A program made the translations under genes and the position numbers. The notes below the pieces were generated by a model, which made no database searches, was not told the origin of the DNA, and saw only the letters and a program-made list of their open reading frames with translations. Below, in pieces: positions 23,735 to 36,121 of a DNA stretch of 64,000 bases; within the stretch, counting starts at the first letter, position 1; each line of letters begins with the position of its first letter. Location of the stretch: the NCBI GenBank assembly GCA_051362555.1, contig CM120645.1, positions 5,394,001 to 5,458,000 on the forward strand. The letters are read 5' to 3'. Source of the stretch: Lingula anatina (lineage: Eukaryota; Animalia; Brachiopoda).

Positions 23735-25152
23735 ACAAAAGTAATGAACTTTCTATGGACTTTATGAAGGGCTGATCCCGTGTGTATACAGTATATAAAG
23801 TGACACCGAATAATAAAAATTTTGTTGGCTGGTCATTTCGGTTAGCATCTCTCATCTATTATCTCAGTGGGAGTCTCACTGTTGTTTAAGTCCACGTGGG
23901 GCTATTTGCTTCCATTAACGGGCATTGTTTATTCATGGAATGTAACAGTCAACGAAGAAATTAGCCCCGTCAATAAGTCGATTATTACCCGGCTCATTGA
24001 AGTCTATTTTGAGAGTGTCGCCTAAGCCGTTGTCCACACGGAAACGGTCCTACTTGTTGACCACGAGGCTCTTTGATTTTGAAAACAACATTTCTAAAGA
24101 ACAAAACAACTTTGTTTGTTCTGGTCGTGATCGGAAATGATATCTTCGAAACAATGACACGCTCGGACCGACTCTATTATTCTTAAAAGATTACCTGACC
24201 CAAACTTGATATTACAGGCAGTATGTCCATCTTGCGGTCATTCTGTTTGTCGAATTTCATGGCACAAAACCTCAAAGTAAACTTCAAAGTATATTATGAT
24301 CATTATCATTCAGCATGAAGTCAAAAGGCAAAAATCACCTGTACACTGCTACAATTCTCTATTACAGACCGAAAAAAGTTATATTATCATCACATCGATT
24401 TAGACTTTTACACATATAAGTAAAATAATGAACAAGTTTTAATGCTGCGAGTGTGAGTCCATGCAGCCGCGTGGAAGTCCGCGTGCTGACCTGTGACCGC
24501 TCCCAATTCAGTGGCCGGACTGGTTTAAAGTTTCGCACAACATCCCCAACAGGTGATCCTTTCCTGTTGGAACAATATTTGGCCGCGGTTTTAGTTCGCA
24601 ATGTGTAAACTTCCTCAAGTTGAGTTATGGGGGGTTTATAACTTGGGCAAATACTGGTTTAGTCCTTGGAGTTATTCGGTTACGCCATCTGATGTTCGGT
24701 ACTTAGTTTAAACCGTGAACGGCCTTTTAAAAGAAAGTTATCGTGTAATGTTTATAGTAATATAGTGTCCGAGTGCTCGTGGACTTGGTTCAAGGCTTAT
24801 GCAAGGGCGTATACATATACAATGTATACACTAGTATAAATCTTTATTTTTCCAGTAAAATGTGAACTGGTGTATGTTTAGCGGGAGTGATGTGTATAAA
24901 GAGCCTCATTTAAATATCCAGGATTTCGTAACGTAGTCCCTTTTTGCACACCACATACAATATAGTCTTCTTCATGTACTTATCATAATTCCAAAGTGAT
25001 GCAACGCATCTTGTAAAAGATTTTGTCAGATGAAAATGTATATATATATGCGTGTATTAAAATTACGGATTTCTTTTTCATCTTTTTGGAAAAACGAGTC
25101 ATATTCACTATGATATGCTGTATACAACAAAGGTCAAGCAACTTCATTTAAC

Positions 25153-28100
25153 CAAGGAGTTATAACAGAAGGAGATTACACGCAAGCCTTTCTATTGTCC
25201 GATGTCTGTTACGGTGGGCGGAGCTAGCTACGGGGGGCCTCCGGTCTCAAGGTTTCGTCTGCGTCGCTCTCCTCAGCTTGGAGATAAATTTCATATGCGT
25301 TATTTCGCGTTAGAATTCGAGATCAGTAATGTCAAAACGCCGCTGTATGCTGACGATTTTTTTCACAGGTAATTATTTGGACGATGTGCTGGAAGGGAAC
25401 GATATCATAGAAAGCGATTATAAGGTGGTGACTGAGGATGGTCGCCATGAGCTTTTTTTAGTCGGTGATAGATGGCTTTTTTATGGCACAACCCGGTGAA
25501 AAATCACCAAGGAGAAGTCAAAAGAAAACGTCCCAACTGTGGTTTGTGAAAATGACGTTCAAGTGAACGTCTGTCCTCACTGCCAAAGGACATAATATTA
25601 ATACATTAACGTTTGGACCCTCCTGCCCTTGGGTCCCATAAACATATACATTGTGACAGTGCCTACGCTTTGTGTCTGGTTTTAAATTTCTTAAAGTATT
25701 TTTTCTCTCACTCGGTATAATTTTAATATTATAATGCATTTAATTAAAATTTTAATCCAAGGTTGAGGCAATGCCACGACAAGTCAGTTTACTGAATACT
25801 CGTTATAAATTTCTTTATCTTGGAAATTTCCCTTTTTTTAGGATTATTTGACACGTACTAACACTGTTCATATTTGTCGGTAAACAAGTGCACAGTGCTA
25901 TACATTAAGAATAATTATTCATTCATAAATATATTTATGTACAAAATATATCAGAAATTTTAGTATTCACTGAGCTCTTTTAAGTGAAACAAATAAAGAT
26001 GAGAATATTGAATTTCAAACTATTATTTACTATATTAACTTAAAATATCTTTTAAGTCAACTCTATACTCAAGCACTATACTCATGAAAGTAGCATCTGT
26101 GAGTAAAACCATTTTATTATATCAATAGAAGAACAAAAAAAAAATTTACACATAAGCAGTAATAAATGAAGTCATAAGAATGATTAAGTTGCTACAGTTT
26201 TCCAGTTTTATGCAGTCTATAATGGCATTTTTTTCAACCGTGCAAATAGAAATAATTATATTCTTTTTTATCTGACTTGCTGATACCAGTCTGTGCCAGA
26301 TACTATTCCACTTACAGGCCAGCAAGGTCTGAGAATCTAATGGGCCGAATGAAAAAAAAAATCCTAGAAGATAAAGTGGTTAATTCTTACAAATAGGATG
26401 AAAAACATGGGATTTTCAAAAGGTTATTATAGATCAAGACAACACTTAGTAAGAACATTTATAAAATGTAACAGCTGAAAAAATTAACTGGTAAGTAAGC
26501 AGTAAGTGACTGCTTTAAAGAAATTTCACTGAAACAGAAATTTCACTGGCAATCAGGTAGACTGTTATACCATGGCACTCAACAATTTATATATAGGTTT
26601 TGAATTTTTTTCCACGTAACAGTAACATAAAATTTATGTCCACTTTTGCAATGTATAGAGTCAGTTAGGTGACTGAAAATATTTTAAAATGTCATAAAGG
26701 AGCACTATTAATTTAATGCAATCTCTGTTGGCCAGTCTTATCCAGTTTCTTCTCCAAAAAGGACAACTCAAGTGAGAATTTCTTCAGGGCCTTTTCTTCT
26801 GCCTTGCTAATGCCATGCCACTCAGAAAAGAGAGAAACCTGTAGGTTAGAAAAAAAAAACATAATAATAGCATTATGAACTACTAGTATCCATGTAGACA
26901 TTATGGAATTATGCAGTGAAGTTTAATGTGTCTTGTTATGACTTGACTGAAATAATGTTCACCACATAAATGAACAATTTACAACTAAATTTATATGGAA
27001 CATCAAGATTCATGATTACAAGCTAATAACCCCAAGAAATTGAAAGAAATTGTACTTTTTACAAGAAATTATTTAAATCCGCCCTGGTCCCTACTCTTCT
27101 GACAGGACAAAAAGGGGATTTCAGAGAGGCTGGTTGCTAAAAGGAAAATGCCCAAGGTTGTTGTATTTTGAAAAAAAAATTAAAAAGGGTACTGTTGTTA
27201 GTGAATGTTTAATGCATCTTAGGCATTATGACAAAAAGTAACTTACCCCAGACACACTGACCTCCTTTTTTCATTGACATATTTTAATTTTTTCCAGCCT
27301 GACCATAATTCATATATTCAATGCAGCCTTCTCCCATATCTATAATAGAAAAAAAAACTTGAGTAGTGTTAAGATATGCATGTCAAATTCATTATCAATT
27401 TTGAGAGAATTTCTGTTTCAACACTACAAGATGAAATATTTAATTTCAAGTAATGAATAAACCTTAATAGAGTTCTATTCTTTTGTAACCACCAAGGCAA
27501 AGCTTCTTTCTTAAAATGAACTGAAACATCCAAGCTTGCCACCTAACATGCCAAAGTAGTGAAGTATAATTTAAGTAGAGAAGCAAGTACCCCTTAATTA
27601 TAGAGGTGTCTTACACAATAAGGTGTGTCTTACACACCTCGACTCAAAGAGAGATGTGTAGTGAGATAACAGGTAAAGTAATTGGTGGAGCCTAGGTGAA
27701 CTTAAAAACTTAAGACTTTAAATTAAGAAGCACCAGGATTCATGTGTGTTCTTTTTTCAAAGTTTTAATATGAATTAAAACATATATATGTAAAAAGAAG
27801 ACTAAATAAGTTAAAAATAACTATACCAAAGACACTGTGAAGTCAAACTTCCTGTTAGACCGCCATGATGGAAAATGCTGGGTGGAGGCAAAATTTTCCA
27901 GTCAAAAAAACTGAGCACTTTACTTTAACAACAAAGTTACCACTCCAAAGCCACCCACCATGGTGAGAAGAAAAATGATGACCAACTGTCATGATAAGTC
28001 TTTGGGCCATTCCGTGGTATTTTTTTGCTGTTATGGAAGGACATTTGACACTTCAAATGAAAATATTTTCAAAAGCAAAAAAGTTACAAGGTCCATTTTT

Positions 28101-30416
28101 TGTATGTTTATTCTTATATATGTAAGTTATAATTAGGCAAAAAATTAGGTTTAAAAATATTAAAGTTACGAAAAAATTATAATAAATAGTTAGCATCTCG
28201 GAAGGACGTAAAATGGACATGGAATTTTAACTTTCAACTTCAACACTAAAATTCTGCTCTGTCTGTGTAGATATTTTTAAAATCAAATCAAAATATGAAT
28301 ATTTGATTATTTTACTTTCTCAGTGTATAACAATTTTTTTGGAAAAAAAATAATAAATTTGAAAATTTTGCATATAAAAAAATCAAGTAGGCGTCATGGA
28401 AGGACACGTCTCGGAAGGACGTTTTGTCCATTGCTAAATAAAATGTAAAATAAGGCTAATAATAATATTTTATGAATACATACCAGCATAATTTTGATGA
28501 ATAATATCAAATGTAAACATGTCTTTCCATGGTAATATATTTCATCTTCAAACATGTTACTAATTTTGACTATAATATAAGTTCTCATTTGCTCTGATCA
28601 TCTTTAAATAATATTGGGACATTTTTTGAGAAATTCTTACCAAATCTATTAATTATAAATATAATCAATTGTCTAAATTATAATAACTTCAATATTATTC
28701 ATTCAAATGAAATGTTTCTCAGTTTAAAAATGCTTCTATATATAATAATTGTGAATTCTAAGTGCAAGATTATCTTGAAAGACATAAGGGTTTTGGGGCT
28801 CATTGGTCACATGACCTGTTACGGTCCAATCAAAATGCCTCATATGTGCTTCCACTGTGCTAGGTGTCATGTTTAATGCTTATATATTTGGATTTAATTT
28901 CTTACTGAAGTGGTTCTAAGTAAAAATAATTTCATATTTTGTTGGCCCCTTTCATGGTTGAGGAGAATATGAAGTTATAAGTTTTTAACTTTTGTAGTTA
29001 CTGAGAAAACTTAAAAAATAGGTACCAAAATCATCTCGGAAGGACAAATTGATATTGATTAATCCATTATCGTATAATCAAATATTTTTTTAATCTAATG
29101 CACCTGACTAAATGTAAGAAATAGGTTATATTTAATGTTTTTAGCCTTTATTGTTTAAAATGATCTCTATTATGAAAAATATATCAAAAATAAAAATGTC
29201 CTTCCGTGACACTATTTTATAAGTTTTCCAGATAAAAATGTCAATAAAATCATAATTAAACATCAAAACCTAAAATTTCTTTTGGATTCTGGTGTCTTAT
29301 GATGTCTGGTTTCAGAAATTATAAGTTTTATAAGTAGGATTCCTTTTTGAAATTTTGAGGTCTGCGGACCAAATACCACGGAATGGCCCCTTTTTAGATT
29401 TAGACATGAAAAAGGTAAAGGCCAAAATGGTACATTTACCCATAACACTAGAGTAAAAAATTGGTATTCTGAACAAATCGGGTTATTTTTTTCAAGAAAT
29501 ATTGGAGCAGTATCCATGCAATATATACCACGCCACGACCAAGATGTTCAAGAATCTAAACACACCAATTTTTTTTATAATCTTGCATTTGAAAAGTACA
29601 AAAAGCGGTAAGGCTTTCGGCCGTAACAAGCGTAACACTTTTTGATCGGAACTCATGAAAATTGTCAATTGTCGTATCCAAGCTAGACCACATGTAAAAT
29701 CGCAAAAAAAAAACAATACTGCTCAAGCAAGTGTGTTGCACACATAACAATTAGTTAAATTTTATGACTGTCATGTGACACAAGTTTCAAAAAGTAGGAG
29801 GAAAATGTCTTTTGGAGTAATTTTTTTTTCGAAAAATTAACAAGATGGCGGCTTAAGCATCTGCTTGTTATTCGGCTACTGAAAGTGCACCTAAGTTTTA
29901 TTCTTTGCTATTGCCACAAATTACTTAACAATTGCAACTGTATAAAGACCAAACTTTCTTCATCTGATACTATATTTATAGGCACTTGTTATGAGTGGGA
30001 AATATTTTTCGTGCAATATTTATTCTCCACACACCACCTCGCGAGATCAACGTGTAGCTGGACACTTACACAGTGAGACCCTGCGACATAAAAGTTGCAA
30101 TTTATCTTCATATTTCGTGTAGTTATGCATTTAAAAGCACTTACCTGTTTTTTGAAAACCTTGTCCAACGTAATATCATATAAATTCTGTATTTCTCTCA
30201 TTTTTTAGAAACTTGGGACTCCGTTTCTGTTTCTGTCCTCAAAAATCAACAGACGAAGGCACAGATACTAACAAACGAGATTTAAACGAGATAGCAATTA
30301 AGCGTAACAGAGATAGGCATCCATTGTTCTCTGGGTTCTATTCATTCCGACCAATGAGAGACCGTAATACGGGCTCCGCCCCCACGCGTGTAATCTCCTT
30401 CTGTTATAACTCCTTG
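25153..30416. mobile_element. P-element-superfamily-like DNA transposon, 5264 bp including a nested insertion; non-autonomous
   Basis: Perfect 31-bp TIR CAAGGAGTTATAACAGAAGGAGATTACACGC (25153-25183 and 30386-30416), 7-bp TSD ATTTAAC, CA..TG termini. Confidence 0.85.
28004..29389. mobile_element. Nested non-autonomous DNA transposon (Sola2-like), 1386 bp
   Basis: 19-bp TIR GGGCCATTCCGTGGTATTT, 4-bp TSD CTTT, GRG terminus; very AT-rich interior with a repeated GGAAGGAC motif. Confidence 0.75.
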
Positions 30417-31350
30417 ATTTAACTTACAAAGTACCAAATTAATACATACCAGTTCACAATTTCCTCGAGCTCATTTAACTATAGGCCTCAATTATTCAAT
30501 GAACTAGAGTAAAAAATTACATGTATGTCATTTTTTAATTTTAGTATATTCAACACCTAGTTCACACCATATCATTATTTTTGGCCGAATTCTGGAATAA
30601 AAAAAACGGAAACACTGTGTGATCTATCGATCAGTTTTATTCCATTATTTCTTCAGCAAACCTCAACGATTTTACTTTGTAAAAAGTCCCACTTAAGGCA
30701 CACAGTTGCCAAGCAACTAGATCTCTTTTAATTAAGTGAAAAACATGCTGTCAAACGAGTCATTGATCACCGCTAATCGGGAAGAAGTCCACCCCATCTC
30801 TATTGCCAATATCCGCGTGGCGATCCGTCAAATGCCCGGTCAATTTGTTACAAATAATCGATAGTTGCTCAGGGCTTTACTATTTTAATCGGGATCGATG
30901 TGCTGGAACGCATTTGTTAATGTCACGGCCAAACGTGTGAAAATCACGTTCGACTCTTTTTATTAGACCTCCTTTCTTATTCAGGCTTGGGGGAAGAGGG
31001 TATTCAATGGTCGCCATTGGGTTATTGTAAAACACTTTGATAGGTGTCGATATTGTAATTTTGCTGATAAAAATTGTCATCTTTCCATTAGATAAGTCAC
31101 ACTTTAAGGATATTTGATATAAATTTAAAGGTACATTCAGCTTGAAACTTTTATGAAGTGGCACGTAGGACAGATCATATGTCGAACTCTGGATTAGCCG
31201 TCTTCAAACACGCCACCCGTTAAACTTAATGGACACATTCGCGTTAATGCGTGTGTGTGTTTTTCAACTATTCCTGATTGTCGTGGAGATTTTCCTCCAG
31301 AATCTAGAGAGGATACAGTAAATTGATAGGCCCCTATAAGGGTACTGAGG

Positions 31351-31355
<5 letters not shown>

Positions 31356-31392
<37 letters not shown>
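31356..31392. repeat. (TA)n microsatellite
   Basis: Direct reading. Confidence 0.95.
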
Positions 31393-31396
<4 letters not shown>

Positions 31397-34081
31397 ATAT
31401 ATTATATTGTCTTATGTACTCATACCCCATCCCATTTTATAGATTCCGTTTCATTAAAACTGTTCGTCATCGGACAGCAGGCATTTGCCACATAAGCAAA
31501 ATTACGTTCCAGTGTTTTGGTTCCTATATGTAGTATGATGGCTATATTTCAAAATTGGTTACTTTGGTACAGGCAAACCCTACTTTGAGTTTGCTGAAAC
31601 AAACAATTATAATTTTGAAAACACGTAAGATTAAGTTATAATTACTATATCAACTCTATTCTGAAAACTTATTTTTGCCAACTTTTAATCTTTTTTATTT
31701 TTGAATTTAAACTTAAACCTAAACCTCTTAATATTACTTAGACAGGCAGAGATGTCCCCTATTCGCAGCAGTGTTTGCATTCGATTCACTGAGTTGACGT
31801 TTGCCTTATTTGGCTTATGCTCAAATTTCAAATAAATCTGACCTTGGGGTTGTTTTTGTTGTTGTCCTTGTTTCCGTCCAGTAATGTGGCTGTTTGTGTC
31901 ATTATTGGGGAATTTTAAGCCTTAAGATGACAAACAAGGGATTTGTTTCATGACGTATTTTACAGGTACATCTTTGTGTTCGGATGCACAAGCTATTGCA
32001 AATAAGTAATAAAATCCTGATAAACCAATTGTTGATCTCGTATCATTTGCGGTTGTAATGAGGGAATTTAAAGCCAAAGTGGCAACCGCAACCTTGAGAT
32101 TATTTTATGATGTCTTTGGTGATAAAATCGGCGTTATGCACGCTAGTTGAAGTGCCTTATATTGGCTGCAGAATGGAACCAAAGATAAACTTTTTTTGAA
32201 AAATTTACTGCAAGGCTTACTTCACTTGCTAATCTAACTTGAATGCTGTCCTATGTTTAATGAATAGAACAAAATTCTATGGACAAACTACTATTGTCTT
32301 CAGTTCGTTGTGCAAATCTCAACTGACACTGGTATTTAAGAAAACAAATTTGGAATTGTGAAATTTTGGCACTCCTTGTCCGGATAATAGGTTGAGTCTA
32401 ATTAGGTACCTTTCGGTACCAAAAAAAAAAAGATAAATAAAATAAAACAGATTCTTTCGGCGACAATTCTGTAGTGTTTGCCAAGAATGACTCCAAAGAC
32501 CTCTAAACATTTAAAAATGTGCTGATAGAAGTTTCAGGGTTACTTCGTTTGCCTAAAGTTAACATGCATTTCTAACCCTTTAAAAGTGAAATTAAGTTTT
32601 TGAAATTTTTCAATTGCATTATGTAAGATAGAAGCATACTATTAGATTAAGAGCACAGGATATTTCAGCATGCAATGGGGATTTAATACGACTACATCTA
32701 AAACCCTTATATGTTATGTTAGCTTTTGAGTTTTACTGGCGAATGCAGGATTTTGCTGAGTGGGTGGGTACAGGCGGAGTAACACAACAAAATATTTTCC
32801 TCTCATTACCAAATTTAACTCACACTTTAGATTCTTAGAAAATGTGTACCAAAGGGGGCGTGTCAGGTAGACGAGTGGTCATTTGGCGTCCACTACATCA
32901 CGGCCCCCAGGGAGGCGAGGTTAAGTCAGCAGTGTTACGTGGCCAAAAGAAACAACTTGCAACATTCTGTCCACCTACTGGTTTAAGTACCGCCTCCAGT
33001 ATATACATTGACCAAACTGAACGCAATCTATTTGCCTTTGGATGTAAATTTCGTAACTTAATGTAAATAAACATAAGCTAAATATAGAGACAACAGTTGT
33101 TTGAGAAAATGAATTTGATTTAGGACAAAGAATGGAATAATACATCATTTTGCCTTTAAATTATCAAGGTTCATAAATATTTCAAAACATTTAAAAGGCG
33201 AATAATTTACAAGGAACACTCCTTTTAATGGATTCTATATTGTTTTTAATGCTTTTCCCTGGCTGCCCAAAATCATCTTGTACAGTAGTTACGTATCCAA
33301 ACACATTTTGAAAATTAAATTGTCATCTGTCTACATTATCTGACGTTATAATGCCAAGTGTTAATGACATTCCTAAACGTAGTTAATGCAGCATAAATAT
33401 TTCAGACATGAAACAGTGAGGTCACTTAATGCTTATTATGAATTACATATACAAAGCGCGTATTTATAGAAAAATAATGTATTCAAAACTTACTCCTCAA
33501 AATCTACTCCTTTCAAGTAGAGAGAAAATATACATTCTGGCACCTTACCTAACAACAGGAGACTCCTAACTTTCAAAAGAAGTAAACCCAATTTAATCAG
33601 TTTTTCTCCGAGTGCAGTAACGCATTTTTAGTTTGTTTTTTAAACAATCTAAAATGCGTTACTGCATTTAGTTTGTTTTTGAAACCTAGATCTTAATTTT
33701 AATTATCGTGTTATCATTGTACATTTATCAAACTTTGCTGAATAAATTCTTATCTCATCTTGAGACTTTATGATAGGCTCAAACATCTCAAACTAAACCA
33801 ATTTTTGAAAATTCTCTTTAAAGCGGGATTGAAGGAGAGGTGAAAGGGCAGGAACTGGATGAAAATAGGGTAATTTTTATTATTATTTATATTCAACAAA
33901 AACCTGACTTTCACTTTAATCTTGAACATTGTTTTAAACGTTTAAGTATTAGCAGACGAAAGGCAGATAAAACTACAGTCAAGCCGACCACATATAGAAC
34001 GCTAATTTACATAATTACATGAGATAATTGCTCCAAATCGTTATCGAGAATTTTAAAGGCCCTTTAAAGGTATAATATACC

Positions 34082-34168
34082 GGCTCCGTGGCGCAATGGA
34101 TAGCGCGTCGGACTTCTAGTGGGTAAAAAGTCATTCGGAGGCTGTGGGTTCGAGTCCCACCGGAGTCA
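34082..34168 (+). tRNA. trnR-UCU: tRNA-Arg(TCT) with 14-nt intron
   Basis: GGCTCCG acceptor stem, GCGC D-stem, loop CT-TCT-A, intron GTGGGTAAAAAGTC after position 37, GTGGG-TTCGAGT-CCCAC T-arm, T-run terminator; discriminator A. Confidence 0.95.
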
Positions 34169-34261
34169 TTTATTTTGCTTTGATCGATCCCTGGGGGTGG
34201 GGGAGGCACTTAGAGGCAGGCGCCCCACACTCCCAGCTTCGGAGTGACCCGTTTTCCTTCT

Positions 34262-34512
34262 TTAGCCCCATAAAAAATTCATGTTACCAGTGAAACGACT
34301 CAACTTTTGCGTAATATTTGGATAATATCGCATTAAACTCTTTACAGAGATGTTCTCATTCTTCCAAATGCTTGGAAGTCCGACACTGTCGATTTTGGCG
34401 CAAGCAATTATATTTTTATCAGTACTATCTCCACAGTTGCCAGTGAAAACAGTACACAATAAGTTAATTGTTGGGAACACCATATCAAATGCTTTGGTGA
34501 AGTCAAAAAACT
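34262..34512 (-). mobile_element. Decayed non-LTR retrotransposon RT fragment (RTE-like); second copy at ~34853-35092
   Basis: Translates FDFTKAFDMV (LINE RT DFxKAFDxV motif), then IWKNENISVKSLMRYY, resembling the IW(K/R)xxxISxKTKxR segment of RTE-clade elements. Confidence 0.5.
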
Positions 34513-34664
34513 GTTTAAAATTTTTTAAGTACCAGTAGATGAAGCGCAGATAAAACTGCAGTCAAGCAGACCACAAAGAGAACGCTAATTTACATAATTA
34601 CATACGAAAATTGCTCCAACTCATTATCGAGAATTTTGAAGGCCCTTTAAAGGTACAATATACC

Positions 34665-34751
34665 GGCTCCGTGGCGCAATGGATAGCGCGTCGGACTTCT
34701 AGTGGGTGAAAAGTCATTCGGAGGCTGTGGGTTCGAGTCCCACCGGAGTCG
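34665..34751 (+). tRNA. trnR-UCU: tRNA-Arg(TCT) with 14-nt intron
   Basis: Same cloverleaf; intron GTGGGTGAAAAGTC; discriminator G. Confidence 0.95.
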
Positions 34752-35248
34752 TTTATTTTGTTTTAATTGACCCCTGGCCGTAGGGGAGGCACTTAGGAGC
34801 AGTTACCCTCAATCCCCAGCGTCCGTGTTACCCGATTCCTTTCTTTGGTTCCCTAAAGATTCAAGTTACAAGTGAAGTAATTCAACTTTTGTCTAATATT
34901 TGGATAATATCGCATTAAACTCTTTAGAGAAATGTTCTCATCTTTCCAAATGCCTGGGGGTCCGACAGTGCTGCTTCTGACGCAGGCAATTAAACTTTTT
35001 ACAGTACTTTCACCACAGCTGCCAGTGAAAACAGTACATATTAAGTTAATTGTTGAGGACACCATATCAAATGCTTTGGTATAGTCAAAAAACTATTTTT
35101 GATTTATTTTAAGTACCAGTAGATGAAGCGCAGATAAAACTGCAGTCAAGCCGACCACAAATAGAACACTAATTAACATAATTACATGAGAAAATTGCTC
35201 CAACTCATTCTTGAGAATTTTAAAGGCCCTTTAAAGGTACAATATACC

Positions 35249-35334
35249 GGCTCCGTGGCGCAATGGATAGCGCGTCGGACTTCTAGTGGGTGAAGGTTAT
35301 TCGGAGGCTGTGGGTTCGAGTCCCACCGGAGTCG
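35249..35334 (+). tRNA. trnR-UCU: tRNA-Arg(TCT) with 13-nt intron
   Basis: Same cloverleaf; intron GTGGGTGAAGGTT; discriminator G. Confidence 0.95.
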
Positions 35335-36051
35335 ATTATTTTGCTTTGGACGATCCCTGGGGTGGGGGAGGCACTTAGGGACAGGTGCCCCACACTCCCA
35401 GCTTCGGAGTTACCCGATTTCCTCTTTTGTCCTTCTAAAAATCAATGTAACAAGATAAACGACACACGTTTTGACACACTATGACTTTAAATTACTTGAC
35501 TTGTGTCCATATTGGTGGGTGCTATATTATAAAACAGCTATACAAATAATAATGCAAGTACATCACTGACGAAACTCAAATGTTCACTTTTTGACTCCGA
35601 GACAAAAGTTTGCGTCTCAATGCCTTGCATATTAAAGTAAAATCATCCTCCTCCTCGTTATTTTGGCGACAAATCGTGACCCTTTCAAGAATTTATTTAC
35701 GCCATTTCAATGATGATAACGCAGAAGAAGGTGCTTGTAAATGATTTAAAACTCGCATGCATGGTGCAGGCGCGCCTAATGAAAAAGGAAATTTACCCTC
35801 CGTCTTAAAAAAAGCTAGTTTGAGAGTGTGAAAGTTCCATTGCACGTTTTTGACACGTGCTGTTTACCTCCACACCCCATTGACTTTATAACCCTCTTAC
35901 ATGCTTTGTTCACAATATGATATGTTTGCCCAGGCGTAGTACTAACGCGTTACGTGATCCGCGCTTCAGACAAACGCTCACAAACACCGATCGCTTTTGA
36001 ATGACTTGGGCAAGGATGCTTGACACTGATAACGATCGAGCTAGCACAACA

Positions 36052-36121
36052 CTTGTCCATCTGTCAGATGACTCGTTTGTCCATTTGTCAGAGGATCTGT
36101 TTGTCCATCTGTCAGATGACA
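36052..36121. repeat. 24-bp tandem repeat, ~3 copies (TTGTCCATCTGTCAGATGACTCGT)
   Basis: Direct reading. Confidence 0.85.

Larger units (their letters stand above)
33950..35440. repeat. Tandem ~584-bp duplication, ~2.6 units, each carrying one tRNA-Arg gene
   Basis: tRNA starts are 583 and 584 bp apart; the flank GCAGATAAAACT..CAGTCAAGC repeats at ~33963, 34547 and 35130. Confidence 0.9.

Noticed and set aside
24487-24499. DR1-like nuclear receptor site TGACCTGTGACCG
   Set aside because: Single short motif with no assignable target; chance cannot be excluded.
25497-25499. In-frame TGA as selenocysteine
   Set aside because: No SECIS-like hairpin recognised and it lies in a decayed transposon; a nonsense mutation is simpler.
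34015-34209. ORFs overlapping tRNA genes (also 35290-35484)
   Set aside because: Incidental translations of tRNA sequence.
34082-34520. tRNA head plus LINE tail as a SINE
   Set aside because: The tRNAs keep introns, intact cloverleaves and terminators; the LINE fragment is antisense; the units are tandem without TSDs.
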